Positions 37,293-55,559 of a stretch of 64,000 bases of DNA are shown here, piece by piece. This DNA is from the human T2T-CHM13v2.0 reference genome, Homo sapiens. Both the position numbers and the translations under genes were made by a program. The stretch lies in NCBI RefSeq assembly GCF_009914755.1, contig NC_060926.1; one strand, 5' to 3'. The number at the start of each line of letters is the position of its first letter. Within the stretch, counting starts at the first letter, position 1. The notes below the pieces were generated by a model. It ran no database searches. It was given only the letters and a program-made list of their open reading frames with translations, and was not told the DNA's origin.

Positions 37293-40200
37293 AAAGATCT
37301 AATCAGGGCTAAGTGCAGAAGTGGTAGGACACTGGGATGACACTGTCGGGCAGGGGGTCTGAAATGTCAGGCTTGGCAGCAGGTATTGGGATAAACTGTC
37401 ATTCCTACTACCTTAGCACTCCCAAGATGCCTGACTCTATCTCTGGGATAGAACTCAGATTAAATTAAAAGGCAAGAATTCTTTGATCAGCCAGGTTTCC
37501 CTTCTGTGCCTTCGGGGTTGGGGATTTAATCAATTCTGCATTCTGGGGGACTGTTCACTGGGTAAATACCTATTGAGTATATAAAATGTAGACTTTCTAA
37601 TTCAGACAGGTCCTCCACAGAATGGCTACAGAAAGAACCAGCACCAAAACAGGGTTTCCAGTTATAAAGAAAAATAGGGGAGCCTTCCATTTCTAGCAAA
37701 ACAGCAGCCCTAATATGCAGAAAAGCTTCTTGATATAAAAACCTCTGGAAATGCTTCTACATGTACAGCTGAGCTCCGCAAGAAATCACAAAGGGCTAAG
37801 AAGGAAGAGTGAGTGGAAAAGCCAGAGTGGTGAGCTGAAGCCGCGGTGCCCTCGGGACGCCCAAGAGCTGCAGAGAGCCACAAGACACGGCCTGGTGTCC
37901 CTGTGAGGTGACTCCTGAAGGGCCACACCTCAGTGCGGGGAGAAGGCCTCCTGCCAGCAAGGAGACCCCAGCTGGCACCCAGTGGTGAAACCATTCTCCA
38001 CTGGGAATTCGTAACCAGAGCTTCTCTCCACACAGGTTCGAGGGTTGAAATTTGCATTACCTCCAGGGCCTGGAATACCACAAGCAACAAAGGTGCCATC
38101 AATCCCTCCCTGCTCCTCAGGAATCTGAGGCCTGGCAGCAGCAAAGGGTCCTTTCAGGAGTAGGGCTGCCAGGACTGAGAAATCATATAGGATACCCGGT
38201 TAAAAACCTTGGGACATACTTATACTAAAATACTAGCTGCTCTCAGTTCAAGCTTACCTTGGCATCCTGTACTTCATCTGGCAACCTGACTCAGGAGGGA
38301 CCCACTCTCACCAAATGCCCATGGATGGAGCCCCACAGGGCAGAAGCTCTGTACCCAAAGTCTCCAACACAGTCAAGAAAAGAAGCCACCATGGGTGAGA
38401 AAAAGAAGAAACAACGAACAAGATCAGACAGCGTCCAGAGCAGCGCTCCAGAGACAGAGCATAAAATAACTAGGTTTAAAATGTCTACAGAAAGAGAAGC
38501 AATGGGGGAATTACCAACAAGGAATAAGATCCTACCAACAAGATGCAAATAGCACTGGCATAAAGAAAAATTCAAATCTAGACCCATCTCACAAAACTAC
38601 AAAAACACTAAAGTCAGAAAAATCAGGAAAATCCTGGAAGAAAAACGAAGACTATAATCCTTAATCTAAAGAATAAAGGTCAAAGCATTACTCGTTTTCC
38701 AAGAATCAGAAGTGCTACCTAATAACTCCTAACCTCCAGGTATCAACAAGGACAATACCCATCATAAAACATGCATGCAACGTCCTGGGCATGTTACAAT
38801 ACACAGACCACCTATTTACAGAAGCACAGTGCAAGTATATTTTAAGTTTCTCATGAAATTATAAGGCATAGTTTTAGTAATTTTATTATTTTTAGAAAAT
38901 TAATTGGGATTATAGAAATTCTCATGTTAATGGCAGAATTTGGCTAAAACACATATTTTCAACATTAAAAAAAAAAAAGTCTCCCAGAAAGCCAGAAATT
39001 GCCTAGCAGGGTAATGGGCTTCTAAGAACCACTGCCATGAAAAGGCATCCATGGCCTCCACTTGCTCCAGGAAATAACCGGCTGCCAACTACCTTCTGCT
39101 CTAATAGTCATACGTTCTGTGGAATGTCCTCAAATGCTGTTTGCTCCCCTGCAGCAAACCAGTGACCTGACACGTGTACCTGAAGACCGATGAGAAGGTC
39201 TTCCCACCTCCAAAGACCAGTGAGAAGCACTTCAGGACCCTCTCTTGTACTCTGCACAGCCCGCTGCGGGTAGGGGATCCCCAGCTACAAGGTTAGACGA
39301 AACAATTCTGTTCACCTCGCCTCTGACAAAGGCCGACTTTACTTTTCTTTAGTTACTTGTCTTTTGCAATTTTCATAAAGCAAAACCTGAACTCTTTTCT
39401 AAAAAGATTCTTGTCTTGATTGTATTTACTGTTTCTTCTAACGTGTAATTATAGAAAACAGCATTTAATTTTGTTAGCAATTCAAACATCACAATAATTC
39501 TTGCTAAACCTCAGAACCTCTAACTGTGACCCAACTAAAAACAACTTCAACTGTCTTTGCCTGGTGGCCTCTGCGAGTTGAGGTGTCAGAGACTGATGGC
39601 TCCTTGGGCTCTGGCATGTTCTCCATCTGTTCTGATGAGATCAGACATACCTCCACCTGCACACATTCCTGTCTCCAGGCCCTATCTCTTCCTATACACT
39701 TTCCATTTTTCTAGCTATGCCTGTTGTCTCCAGCTGAACTAGACAGAAATGAGATGAAGGCAACCTGAAACACAAATGATCCAAGAGAAACTACATTTTC
39801 ATGAACATTTGCCTTCCTATTACACCATTAGTATTTGTTTTCAAAAGAAGGAAAAGAGTTGGAGAAAATGGGTTTTATAGTTAGGGTTTGATTTTTAACG
39901 TGTTTTTAGAGCAACAGTTGTTTTTTCCGCTCAGCATCTGATGGAAATTGCTGCTAGCACAAGCTGTCTGTCGGGTGGCCAGATAAAAGGAAGCCACTCT
40001 CACCAGGGTGGGGCCTTTTGTTAGAAATAAAAACCCTCCATCTCCTCCTACTCCTGGGGAAGGCCTGCACTCTCTCAGGGGTGTGTGCAAGGAGTTACAG
40101 AAGGCTTCACACAAGACATTTCAGTATTCGCTTCCTTGTCTGCTAAGGGCTCTACCGAAGTCACTCAGGTCAGAATGAAGCTCCCTGAGGGGCCCCCTGA

Positions 40201-40639
40201 GCACAGGCTCAGGAGGGAGGGGACTACCGGAGGGGAGGGAGCTTTCCCCAGTACCCAGAGAAGCCAATCTAGAAAGCAGCTCTGCAACCCATGCAGAGAG
40301 CCTTTTGTGAGAAGCCACAAACCTTCCCAGATCTGAAACAGCTGCACATGAAACCCAGAGGGGCTTTGTTCATTCACCTCCAGGTATCCCCACAATGCTG
40401 TTTCCAGAAGGAAATGCAATGAGAACTGCTGCTGATGTCTCTGATGGACAAAAGGAATTCTATGAATTTACAGAAATGGTCATTATTATTTATTACTATT
40501 TAATTTCAACTGATCATTTTTTAATATCAAGCAACCGAATTTCCTTAAACAAAATCCTCTAAACAGTCAGACAATTCTTACTCAACAAAGGAACATAAAG
40601 GCTGTGGTGTGCATGGGGCTTTCTGGAAAGAGGAAGAGC

Positions 40640-41470
<831 letters not shown>

Positions 41471-42249
41471 GTTTACTTTTTGAAATGCTTAGAAATTTAA
41501 AAATCGGATTTTCCCAGTCATTTAAATACGATTCAAAATTTTAACATTTCTAAACATTTAATTCAAACCACAAGCCCAATATCATATATTCTCTTAGATT
41601 CTCTTTAATGCTCACAAACTGAAAAGCAGACAAAACCACATAAAACACAGTGATTGAAAAACTGCTAGGTGAGCTCACCATGTAACTGTTAAAACGGCTA
41701 ACACATCTGTCCCCTCCTGAACAACCAAACAGGGGACAATGTAGAAAAGAATTCTACAAAGGCAACATCAGGCTGTAAAGGCAACAGGGCAGGGAGGGCC
41801 CTGGATGCCAAGGTCCAGAGAAGAAGCAAACACAGCTGGGCTGCACGTTCCCGTCCCTGAGGCGCTCCCTGGTCCCACCAGCAGAGCCGGGGGGCTGAGA
41901 AGCCCGGCAGAGCTTTCAGCAGCAGGAGTGCACTGTGGGGCCAAACATGCAGTTCAGGACCCAACAAAAAGAAGGGACCCTGGCAAAAATGGCCTCTCAG
42001 TAAGCGCAAGCTAGAAACACTCCAGACCTCACAAAACGGAAGCCCAGCGTCACCAGCTTGCTTCCTGAGCGCTCTCAGGGGACCTGCCCTGACCTCCATG
42101 CCTGCCAGAAGACGGTAAAGCGCATCCTCTCCAGGGTGAGATGACTCCAGGCAAAGTCTCCACAAAAAATGACTGCCATTGGAAAACAACAAAACACCAA
42201 TGATGAGGCCACCAAACGCCAAGATTAAACAACCCCAAACCAAACGTTA

Positions 42250-45520
<3,271 letters not shown>

Positions 45521-45865
45521 GGAAAGGAAGGACTTCAGGCACAGGACTGAGATGGTGGGTTCTGCATTGAGATCACGGCTGCTTCTGCCTTACTGGAGAA
45601 GGACTGAGGGCAGAGACTAAACCCAAGGAGACCAAGAGGAAGCCGCCGAACAAGCTCAGGTGGGAATGATGGCAGCCTGGAGGTCAACAGGAAGAAGCGA
45701 AGCCACTTGTGAAACAGACGCAACAGGACCTGGCCACTCACAAAAGCAGAGACAGGGAACGAACACCAAGTGTGGGTTTTCTGGCCTACACAAGAGCAGC
45801 AAGCAAAGCACCAGCTACAGCGTTGATGCCAGGGAAGCAGCAAATCCGCAGAGCCCCACTCAAAG

Positions 45866-46175
45866 AGGGAGAAACAGCACATGCACTCACACACGTGTAC
45901 AAGGACAGAAAGGGAGACACAGCACACACACTCACACACGTGTACAAGGACAGAAAGGGAGACACAGCACACACACTCACACACGTGTACAAGGACAGAA
46001 AGGGAGAAACAGCACACACACACAAGTGTACAAGGACAGAAAGGGAGAAACAGCACACACTCACACACGTGTACAAGGACAGAAAGGGAGAAACAGCACG
46101 CGCACTCACACAAGTATACAAGGACAAAGGGAGAAACAGCACACACACTCACACACGTGTACAAAGACAGAAGGA
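45866..46175. repeat. 41-45-bp minisatellite, ~7 units (agggagaaacagcacacacactcacacacgtgtacaaggacagaa)
   Basis: Unit starts at 45866, 45911, 45956, 46001, 46042, 46085, 46128. Confidence 0.95.
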
Positions 46176-47100
46176 GGTGAACACAGATTATTAACCGCAG
46201 GTGCCTCTGAGAGATATCTTTATGGTTTTATGTGTTTTCCCCAAATCCTCACACTGAATAAAACCACTTCCAAAACAATCCAAAAAATTTACTTAAAAGA
46301 AAATGCCAAGTAGAGTAAGAAAGCAAGCAAGGGGATCTACTCAGACTTTCAGTGGGTGCTTCAGGCAATTTGCTCATATCAACTCAGACAATTATAGTAA
46401 TGCAAAAAGATTTAGATTTCAACTCATCTACATGTTGAAGGCATAGCTTGGAGTTCTGATTTAATACAACTATTTCACTTTTACCCATAACAAACCACAG
46501 CCACCACTGCCGCGGATATGGATCGTGCTCTTCCCAGTCCACTGACATTGGGATTTGCAGTGCAGGCTGCAACTCACCCGCTGGTTCCCAGCGAAACTTA
46601 CACACGCCTCGAACCTAATGGAATCTTGCCAGAACAAATAACTCACTAAGAAGGTATGGCAATTGGATAAGAAGATCAATGACACAGTTGCCCCTACCAA
46701 CTTCCACCCTCGCTGTCTGTCCCAAGCTCTGCCTGCCCTCCCTATGTCCTCCCATATGGCCTAAGGGCCTTCTGCAGAAATGGAACCCTCATTATTTACA
46801 GACAAAGAGTAAGAAAATACCAGAAGTAACATCTGACAGTAAAGAAACTGACATAACAGCTGATGAACAGAGTGTTCTCCTATCAAGATAATATGCCTGA
46901 TGAAGAACCTTCCAGAAGAACATCTCTGCTCTGGGGCTGTCATCTGAGGACTTCATCAGCTTTCCACACAGAAATACGGGGAAAAGGGAGAATTATTTCA
47001 ATGAAAAAGAGGCTCCTTCACTAAAACAAACAAAACACAGCAACAACAAAAACTCCTTTCTGGAGAAGTGACTGCATTGTCCCCAGGTGCTGCAGACTCA

Positions 47101-47268
<168 letters not shown>

Positions 47269-48948
47269 TCACACCAAACCATCAAAATAAATACAATAAA
47301 AGAAGTGTAAGTCCGATTTTTTTTAAACATCCATATAAAAAATCTATATATCCCAATAAATGCTATTCGTTGCCAAGCAATCATCCCAGCAGCAAATCCT
47401 CCCAAAGACCACATGGTCGATCTGGAGCTGCTTTTTAATATTACTCTCAGAACCTGAGGTAGCATCTTTTAAAAGCCTCAGTACCTACATAGGACGACCT
47501 TCTGGGAATGGATGCTGTTTTGGAGACATAGAAAAAGGAGGCAAAGTGTGCTTTAAACACAGGAATAGCAGGAACAAAAAGCTAGAAGCAAATGGTTACA
47601 TGACAGTGCTACACACAAAGCATGCCCCCATTAACAATTTTCCAGATGAGTGGATCTTGGGGCAGGAACGGTGAGTAGCTTCAGTCCCTCTGGGGTTGCA
47701 GCCAGCGTCTTACTGCTCTGTTCTGTATGCTGAGGCCAACATAGGATGGTCTGTTGTACCACGGCTTGTAAAAGGTCTAATTCTCCACTTTTCTTGGCAC
47801 CAATAAATATACAAATCATAGGATAGTCTCTTAGCTTTATCATTTCATTTTGCTGAATGTTAAAATATTTATACTTTGTTACAATTTGCTTATTTTAAAT
47901 TAAATATAGTCTGAATATAACCACTATACTTAAAGATTTTTAAAAAGCATTTTTTCAGCTTTTGGAAAAAAAAACATTAAAATAAAGTCTCTTTTCTTAA
48001 GGGCTCAAAACAAAGAAAATAATTATTTTCAACAGTCACATTCCCATTACTGAGTTATAAAAGCAGGAGACGTTTCTCATTTGTAATGGCTCAAATGGAA
48101 ATTATGTGAGTGTATCTGGCTCTCGGCCAGACTTTGTGAGACAGTCCAGGCCCACTGAGCAAACCCACGGCCTGTTCCCCACAGTACCCAGGTAGGCTCT
48201 CCCACAAACAGAACAACCTGACCAGAACCCAAGGCTCACGGGATCCATGAATCATGCTTCCACAGACAGCCACAGAGCTGCGAACCTGCGGCAAGCTGAA
48301 GATGAGTGGACGGTAGGTATAGCGTCAGGAGCGTCCTAGTAAAAACCGCGTCGCTCATACACGGTTAGTGATCCAATAATGCAAATGCCCCTCCAAGAAA
48401 CTGCTGCCAGGATAACAATGATCGTTTGCTTTCCTAAGTGTATTTATGTGCGTTTCCACATGGGTAGGCAAATGGCTGTAATGTACATACTTACAGATAA
48501 GATCGTTTTCTTAGTTTTACTATTAAGTTGGTTTTACTTGCCAAAAGATATGCAAATATTTTTTAAAAACTCAAGCAAGCAAAACAGAAAGTTTGTGAAG
48601 GGCATAAAGTTGCTGTATTTTGTAAGACTGCATTAATTGTAAGACTACAAGTTCCCTCTCCAGAGGAAACTGCTGCTAGCTTTCCTTATGCATTCTATCT
48701 AAACACTTCCATGCATGTGTCAATAATCTACAAGTACGTATCTTCTTACTGTTAACACAAATATAAGGATAATTTTTGAAGTGATCTCACAATAAGAAAT
48801 TCCAACTAAAAATGAAGTTCATATTTTAAATGTTAACAAATATCAATGTAGGGAGGTGACATGGTTCTCTTTACAGTTTGAAAAACCTAAGAAAATGCTA
48901 GAAAATGCGAAAGCAATCAGTGGCCTGGACCATGTGTAGTATAGAGAG

Positions 48949-48967
48949 CAACAGCGCCATCTATGCT
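48949..48967 (-). promoter_or_regulatory. Candidate CTCF binding motif
   Basis: Minus strand AGCATAGATGGCGCTGTTG resembles the CTCF core (C)CACYAGRKGGCGC, in unique AT-rich DNA. Confidence 0.55.
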
Positions 48968-50269
48968 TAATTTGGCAACATTACATGTAGTCCCGGAAAA
49001 TCTTTTAACAAGTAGGCTTCAAACTATTTTTGAAGATTAAAAAAAGAATCTGTTGCAATGATTCTACAATTTATTTATACCTAACCAAACTACCCTTTCA
49101 ATTTATTACTATGAGCTTAATGATGACTACTAGGAAGAGTCCATGGTATATCTCCAGTAAACTCCTAGATTTAAGTAAGAAATAAAGATACAAGGAATCA
49201 TTTTATGACTCAGGAAGCAAAAGGCAGTGAAAGAAAATATTCTCTTCACAAAGCACTTAGTTTCATTAAGAAGAATTCAAAACTGATTGAGGATAATATA
49301 TCCTTTTAATATCATAAGTCACTGTCTAAAGAAGAATATAAAATATACTAGAGCTTGGTTACAATATGAGGTGCTGGGACACGTATTTTAAAACAAGAGT
49401 AAGGCAGGAACACAGAAAAAAGAATAAAATTGTAAATAGTGTTTTATGACTCAAGCTGTTTCCCAATTAACTGAATGTCAACACTTTGTCCTATAACATT
49501 TCCAAACCCTATTTTTCAGTTTCTCCTGAATTGCAAAGTTCTATCTGAAACACTGTACTTCTGAAACCAAACTCACATGCTACAGTTTCTGTAGCACTGA
49601 AATTTCATGTTAAAAAGACGTGCTCCAGGAGTCATGTAAAAATCTTGGCAATTAAGCAAAAAGAAGGTGGGTGTGAAGGTCTGGGCTCTGGAGAAGCAGG
49701 GATGGTCTGAGAGGAGCTTGCACAGCTGGAGGCCTGACGTGTCCTCGGAGGTCCTGACTGGACTGAAACCAGCCCAAGCAGGCGCCAGTCAGTTAGGGAT
49801 GTGGATATGAACAAGACTGAAAAATACAATTACTGCCTCTCAGCACAAGCATAGCTATACACATACACATAATTAGACACTGGCAACACGTAACTGAGAT
49901 GGTGCAGAAATGTTCTAAACCAATAATTTGGTCAGGTTATGGATAAAATGAATGTCACTGGTAAGCGACATGTTTACAATAATTATGTTAGAAAATTGGT
50001 CATAATTATCACTTGAGTCCCTCAATTGAGAAATGGTACTCAAATGAAAATAAACACAATTGATATTGTAAACTTATGAAACATCTTTGGGGAGGAAGAA
50101 AGGCAAAATACCAGGAGAAAAAAGGACAAAGCCATTCATAGTGAGCTAGATTAAAACAACGGAATGCTATAATTGATACACTATGGGGGAATTACAGGAT
50201 CCTTCTCTATGCTCCGATAAGCACATAACTAAATAACTACATGAATGGTGCAGAATCGAACCAACACAC

Positions 50270-50960
50270 ATTTCACACTGTGTTTAGAAAATGACACTGT
50301 TACCACAGGGAGGTCAAGTCAGACACAATCCCTTGTCTCCGTAAGTTTGTTAGATGTCATATGATGCCCAGCAGTAGCTAATACTAACAAACAAGGATAC
50401 CATATACATTCATATAAGTAACAGCCTACAAGAGTTAAGGGAAGGTGTCAGGGAGAAAAAAGGGTGATTACGTCCAAGCTTTAAAGACTGCTAGGATTTC
50501 TAGGTAACTACTGGGCAGGTGGTGGTGGAAGAAGGGCCTGGCAGATTGCCTGGTATCCTGGTAGAAGACGCAGAACCAGGGCAGACTGGGATTCTGAATT
50601 AATTCTGGGAAAGGAAATTCAGACCTATGACTAAATGAAGATAGGCCACTCAAAGATTCAAGTAAAGAGAAAACAGGGTCACTGTGACTTTTTAAAAAAA
50701 TAAACCTGGTGGGAGTGGGATGAAGAAATAAAGAGGCAGAGGAGCAGAGACCAAGAACCAGGGGATTACACACCAAGGGGAGCAGCAGTGTTAGAGACAA
50801 GGGAGAGAAGTCACTGAAAGTGGCACACTGACCTGCAGGGTGTGACTTTGGGGAGGATAAGGGGGTCAGCAGGGAAAAAGGAAGGTTCAAGCTAGGATTA
50901 TGGTTGACAGAGGAGTCAAAGGTTCCACCAGGATTCAAGCCTGAACAGATGGCAGGAGGG
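50270..50960 (-). mobile_element. L2 fragment
   Basis: gacacaatcccttgtctcc, gaggagtcaaagg...ggattcaagcctgaacagatgg are typical of antisense L2. Confidence 0.55.
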
Positions 50961-51235
50961 AAGGCAAGATGGCCCAGGGCACAGGACCACACAGAGGATG
51001 CAGAGAGCAGCAGCTCTAGCTCCTGCAGCCCGAGAGGTGAGACGCCCCACACAGTCACACAACCTTGGCAGGCTCGAGCTCTCGAGTCATGGTCTCCTCC
51101 TTGTAAAATGAGGGAGTCCCGCCCCACAGAAGTGCTGTGGAACAGACAAATTATTTCCGAAACACCTTCCAGACGCTGTGTTGACATCTACTGTTAACTA
51201 TGAGATTTCAGACATAACAGCAAAACACGGTTCAG

Positions 51236-51759
51236 CAGGGTCCTGTCCCCAGCCTCCGGGCCACAAACCTCTGCAACCTGTTAGGAACCTGGCCACACAG
51301 CAGGAGGTGAGCAAGCAAGCCAGTGAAGCTTCATCTGTATTTATAGCCGATTCCCCTGCTCGCATTACTGCCTGAGCTCCACCTGCTGTCAGACCAGCGC
51401 AGCATGAGATTCTCACAGGAGCACAAACCCTATTGTGAACTGTGCATACAAGGGATCTAGTTTGCACACTCCTTATGAGAATCTAATGCCTGATGATCTG
51501 TCACTGTCTCCCATCACCCCCAGATGGGACCATCTAGTTGCAGGAAAACAAGCTCAGGGCTCCCACTGATTTTACATCATGGTGAGTTGTAGAATTATTT
51601 CATTATATATAAGAATGTAATAATAAGAGAAATAAAGTACCCAATAAATGTAACGCACTTGAATCATGCTGAAACCATCCACCCATCCCCGCCCCAGTCT
51701 GTGTAAAAACTGCCTTCCATGAAACCGGTCCCTGGTGCCAAAAAGGTTTGGGACCGCTG
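51236..51759. mobile_element. MER1A hAT-Charlie DNA transposon fossil
   Basis: cagggg...gttaggaacctggccacacagcaggaggtgagc...tatgagaatctaatgcctgatgatctg...ggtgccaaaaaggtttgggaccgctg. Confidence 0.88.
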
Positions 51760-52051
51760 CAATAGAGCAGTTTAAAGAGAAGGTGGAGGTTTTTTAAAGC
51801 AAAGTTTTGAATAATAGAGTATATCATTTAGGTAAATTTACAAACACACACACAAATATAGGCATCTAGTCCAAAATGTTAACAGAGTTTTAAAAAACAA
51901 AGAGGGAACTTCCAGCTTCAGCTCCAAAGGGTGAAGGCTGGAAGCTGTAATTTCCATCCTTCCAATAAGAAAAAACTGAAAATCAATGGCCTTTCCTGGA
52001 CTAACAGCAACAATGAATTGAGTGATTTTATAGCTTATAAAAAGTGGAAGA

Positions 52052-52343
52052 GGCCGGGTGCGGCGACTCATGTCTGTAATCTCAGCACTTTGGGAGGCCA
52101 GGGCAGGCAGATCACTTGAGATTAGGAGTTTGTGACTAGGTGGGCAACATGGCAAAACCCCATTCCTACTAAAAATACAAAAATTAGCCAGGTGTGGTGG
52201 TGCACGCCTGTAGTATCAGCTACTTGGGAGGCTGATACATAAGAACTGCTGGAACCCAGGAAGGGGAGGCTGCAGTGAGCCAAGATCATGCCACTGCAGC
52301 CTGGGCGATGGGCAACAGAGCAAGACCCTGTCTCAAAGAAAAA
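52052..52343 (+). mobile_element. AluJ-type SINE
   Basis: Dimer with TSD aaaaagtggaag on both sides. Confidence 0.92.
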
Positions 52344-53629
52344 AAAAAGTGGAAGGAATGGCAGCCATGTCACAGTGACAGCAGGAGGAGCCAAGAAGAC
52401 TGTGCCGTCGGTACCTGCAGCCCCATGGAGCAGCAGCACCATCACGAAGTAGACCTAGATGGGTTGTAAATGTATACTGGAAACTCCACAGCAACCACTA
52501 CAAACATTTTTTTAAAGTACAATCAAGATGTTAAGGGAAAAGATAAAAGAGAATCTTATAAAATGCTCAATGAAATCCAGAGAAGGCAGAAAAAGAGGCA
52601 GGGAGAAACAACAAATGCAGCAAACAGAAAACAGGGAAAAGCATGGTAAAATGGAACTTGATTATCTTCACGCTCACTTCTAACATGAATGGTCCAAATA
52701 CAGCAATTAAAAGACAGAGACTGTCAGAGTAGATTAAAACACAAGACCCAATTACTACTTACTATCTACAAGAAAACTAAAGACTCGAGATAGAAGAGGA
52801 AAAAAGACACACCATGCCCACACTAATTGAAAGCTGCAGTGGCTATATTAAATTCAGATAGAGCTGACTTCAAACAAGGACAAACATCAGCGAAAAAGAG
52901 GGGCATTACATAACGATAAAGCGGCCAATTCTTCAAGAAGATAATAACCTAAGATAATAAACTATGTACCTAACAACAGTACCTCAAAATATATGATGCA
53001 AAAACTAATAGAACCCAAGGGAGAAATAGACAAATCCAGCGCTGTTGGAAATTTAAACCCAACTCTCAGTAACCGACAGATCCAGCAGAGAGAAAATCCG
53101 TAAGGAGACCGATGACCCCAACTCTGAGTAACCAACAGATCCAGCAGAGAGAAAATCAGTAAAGATACCGATGACCCCAACTCTGAGTAACCGATGGACC
53201 CAGCAGAGAGAAAATCAGTAAGGATACCGATGACTTGAATACCACCGTCAATCGGCTCGATCTGACATTTATACAACACTCCAGCAACAGCAGAATCTAC
53301 ACTCTTCTCAAGCTGAATTGGAACACTAATCAAGATAGGAAACACTGGCCATAGAAAACCTTAATAAATGTAAATGGAGAGAAATCATACACAGTGTATT
53401 CTCAGACCACAAGAGAATTAAACTAGAAATCAACAACAGAAAGATACCTAGAAAATCCCTACATGCCTGGAGATTAAACAACACACTTCTAAATAACATG
53501 TGGGTCAAAGAAAAAGTCTCAAAATATTTTTTAAAACATTTTGAACGAAAATAAAAATACAACTTATCCACATTTGTGTGATACAGCAAAAGCAGCACCT
53601 ACAGGGAAACTGACAGCACTGATGCATAT

Positions 53630-54212
53630 GCAACCATTCTTCTGTTGTCCAGGGCTTCCTTCCCAGACCACCACTAATACCAAAATCTGAGGATGCTCAA
53701 GTCCCTTACATAAAATCATACAGTATTTGCATATAAACTATGCACACACTCCCCACACACTTTAAATGAAGCTTGTCCAACCCATGGCTGTATTCAGCCC
53801 AGGGCAGCTTTGAATGCAGCCCAACATAAATTCATAAACTTTCTTAAAACATTGTGAGTTTTTTTGCCTTTTTTTTTTTTTAACTCATCAGCTATCGTCA
53901 GTGTTATTTTATGTGTGGTCCAAGACAATTCTTCTTCTTCCAATGTGGCCCAGGGAAGCCAAAAGATTGGACACCCCTGCTTTAAATCATCTCTAGAGTA
54001 TGTATAATACCTAATGCAATGTAATACAATAATATAGTATTATAATATCTAATACAATGTAAATGCTATATAAATAGTTGTTATACTGTATTTTTACATT
54101 TTTATTATTTTTTTATTGCTGTGTTATTTTTATTGGCTTTTTTCCCAAATATTTTTGATCCAAGGTTGGTTGAATCCAAGGATGCGGAACCCAGGGATAC
54201 AAAGGGCTGACT
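53630..54212. mobile_element. MER2 (Tigger-family MITE) interrupted by MER30
   Basis: ataccaaaatctgaggatgctcaagtcccttacataaaat...ttggttgaatccaaggatgcggaaccc...gggctgact. Confidence 0.8.
53768..53979. mobile_element. MER30 (hAT) with 8-bp TSD ctttaaat
   Basis: gcttgtccaacccatgg...ggcccagggaagccaaaagattggacacccctg; ctttaaat at 53760-53767 and 53980-53987. Confidence 0.85.
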
Positions 54213-54789
54213 ATATTAGAAAAGAAAAAAGATCTAAAGTCAATAAGCTTAGGAATCTATAGAAAAAGAACAAGTGAAGCCTAAAGAAAGCAGAGAAAAA
54301 ATAATAAAACTAGGGTATACATCAATAAAACAGAAAACAACTGGATAAATCATCAAAACAAAAACCTGGTTCTTCGAAAAAGTTAATAAATATGAAGGGA
54401 AAATTCACAAAGAGCAAATAAATAGCCAATAAAAATATAAATTGAAGTTTAGTGTTTATAAAATGCAAAGTAAAACAAATACTTGTATGGGTATCAGAAT
54501 CGAAAGTTTTTGTTTGCATTTTGTTTAATTATATTCTTTATAGGGAAATTCAGAGAACCAGGTCCAAGTATGAATACTGGTACACATATTCCGGAGAATC
54601 ATTTTGCAAAAACTCAATAGCTGTAAAATGCGTTCATATACTCTGACCACTTTTATACCTTAAGTAACCTGAAATTGAACAAGAAGGGGTACTACATGCT
54701 CTTTACTGTATTATGAACATGAAGAAACTGAAATAATCCAAGAGTTCTATTTTAAAGAAACAGTAAATTATGCAGATTATGTAGTGTCG

Positions 54790-54968
54790 GAGAAGTCAAA
54801 ACTTTTTCTGTAAATGGCCGGATAGCAAATACCAGGCTTTGAGAGCTATATACAGTTTCCATCACATAATCCTTCCTTTTCCTTCCAATCCTTTAAAAAC
54901 GTTAAGGATCATTCTTAGCAGCTGACGGCTGGATCTGGCCCACAGGCCAAACAGTTTGCCAAGCCCTG
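54790..54968. mobile_element. MER58-family fragment
   Basis: aaactttttctgtaaatggccggatagcaaata...ggatctggcccacaggcc...tttgccaagccctg. Confidence 0.65.
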
Positions 54969-55559
54969 ATTTGCATCTCAATCAATGGTAAGTGCAGCAT
55001 ATATGGGGAGCCATGAAAAAATCAAATTTTAAAATGTTTAACAAAACAGGAACATGCTCAAAATATTGGAAGTAGAATACAAAAATACACACAAGATATA
55101 TTTAGAAATATATGCACACACAAATATTTAAAGACTGGAAGAACCTGCATTCAACTGTTAATCCTGGCACTGTGGTGGCAGAAGCGCAGGTGATTTGATT
55201 CTATATTCAACCTTTGTTCCCGACTTTCTCTTCCAAGAGGGTGTGCCTTTGGCCTCTCATCCACTTTGTCATTTCAGTCCCCTCACCCCTCCCTCCTTCA
55301 CTTTCCTCCTTACCCAGACTAAGCGTCATGGTTCACCACTACTCACATGCGATTTTGTCTGTGCTCAGTTCCCTTGCCCCTCTCTTACAAAACCTCAGTC
55401 CTGTTAAAATCCCAGGCTCTGCCCAAGGTAAAAAACCACATCTCCTAGGTTCGGATTTGCCTCCCCTGCCTGAAGTTTTTCTGCCAAAAGCACAGCTCTT
55501 GCGCTCTCAGAAAGCCTTTCCTTCGCCACACACAGAGCAGGCCTATGCTGCTGTCTGTG

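Larger units (their letters stand above)
52455..54410 (+). mobile_element. Old L1 (ORF2 endonuclease region) with nested MER2/MER30 and a 59-bp x3 repeat (53057-53234)
   Basis: aattaaaagacagagactgtcagagtagatt, ctcagaccacaagagaattaaactagaaatcaacaac, tattagaaaagaaaaaagatct. Confidence 0.85.

Noticed and set aside
45535-46313. Repetitive ORFs of up to 217 aa on both strands
   Set aside because: Artefacts of the stop-free minisatellite.
50468-51187. 239-aa minus-strand ORF
   Set aside because: Overlies a decayed L2 with no intact RT motifs and no evident exon boundaries.
52455-54410. Possible active L1
   Set aside because: Heavily mutated, interrupted by MER2/MER30, and has no intact ORF2.
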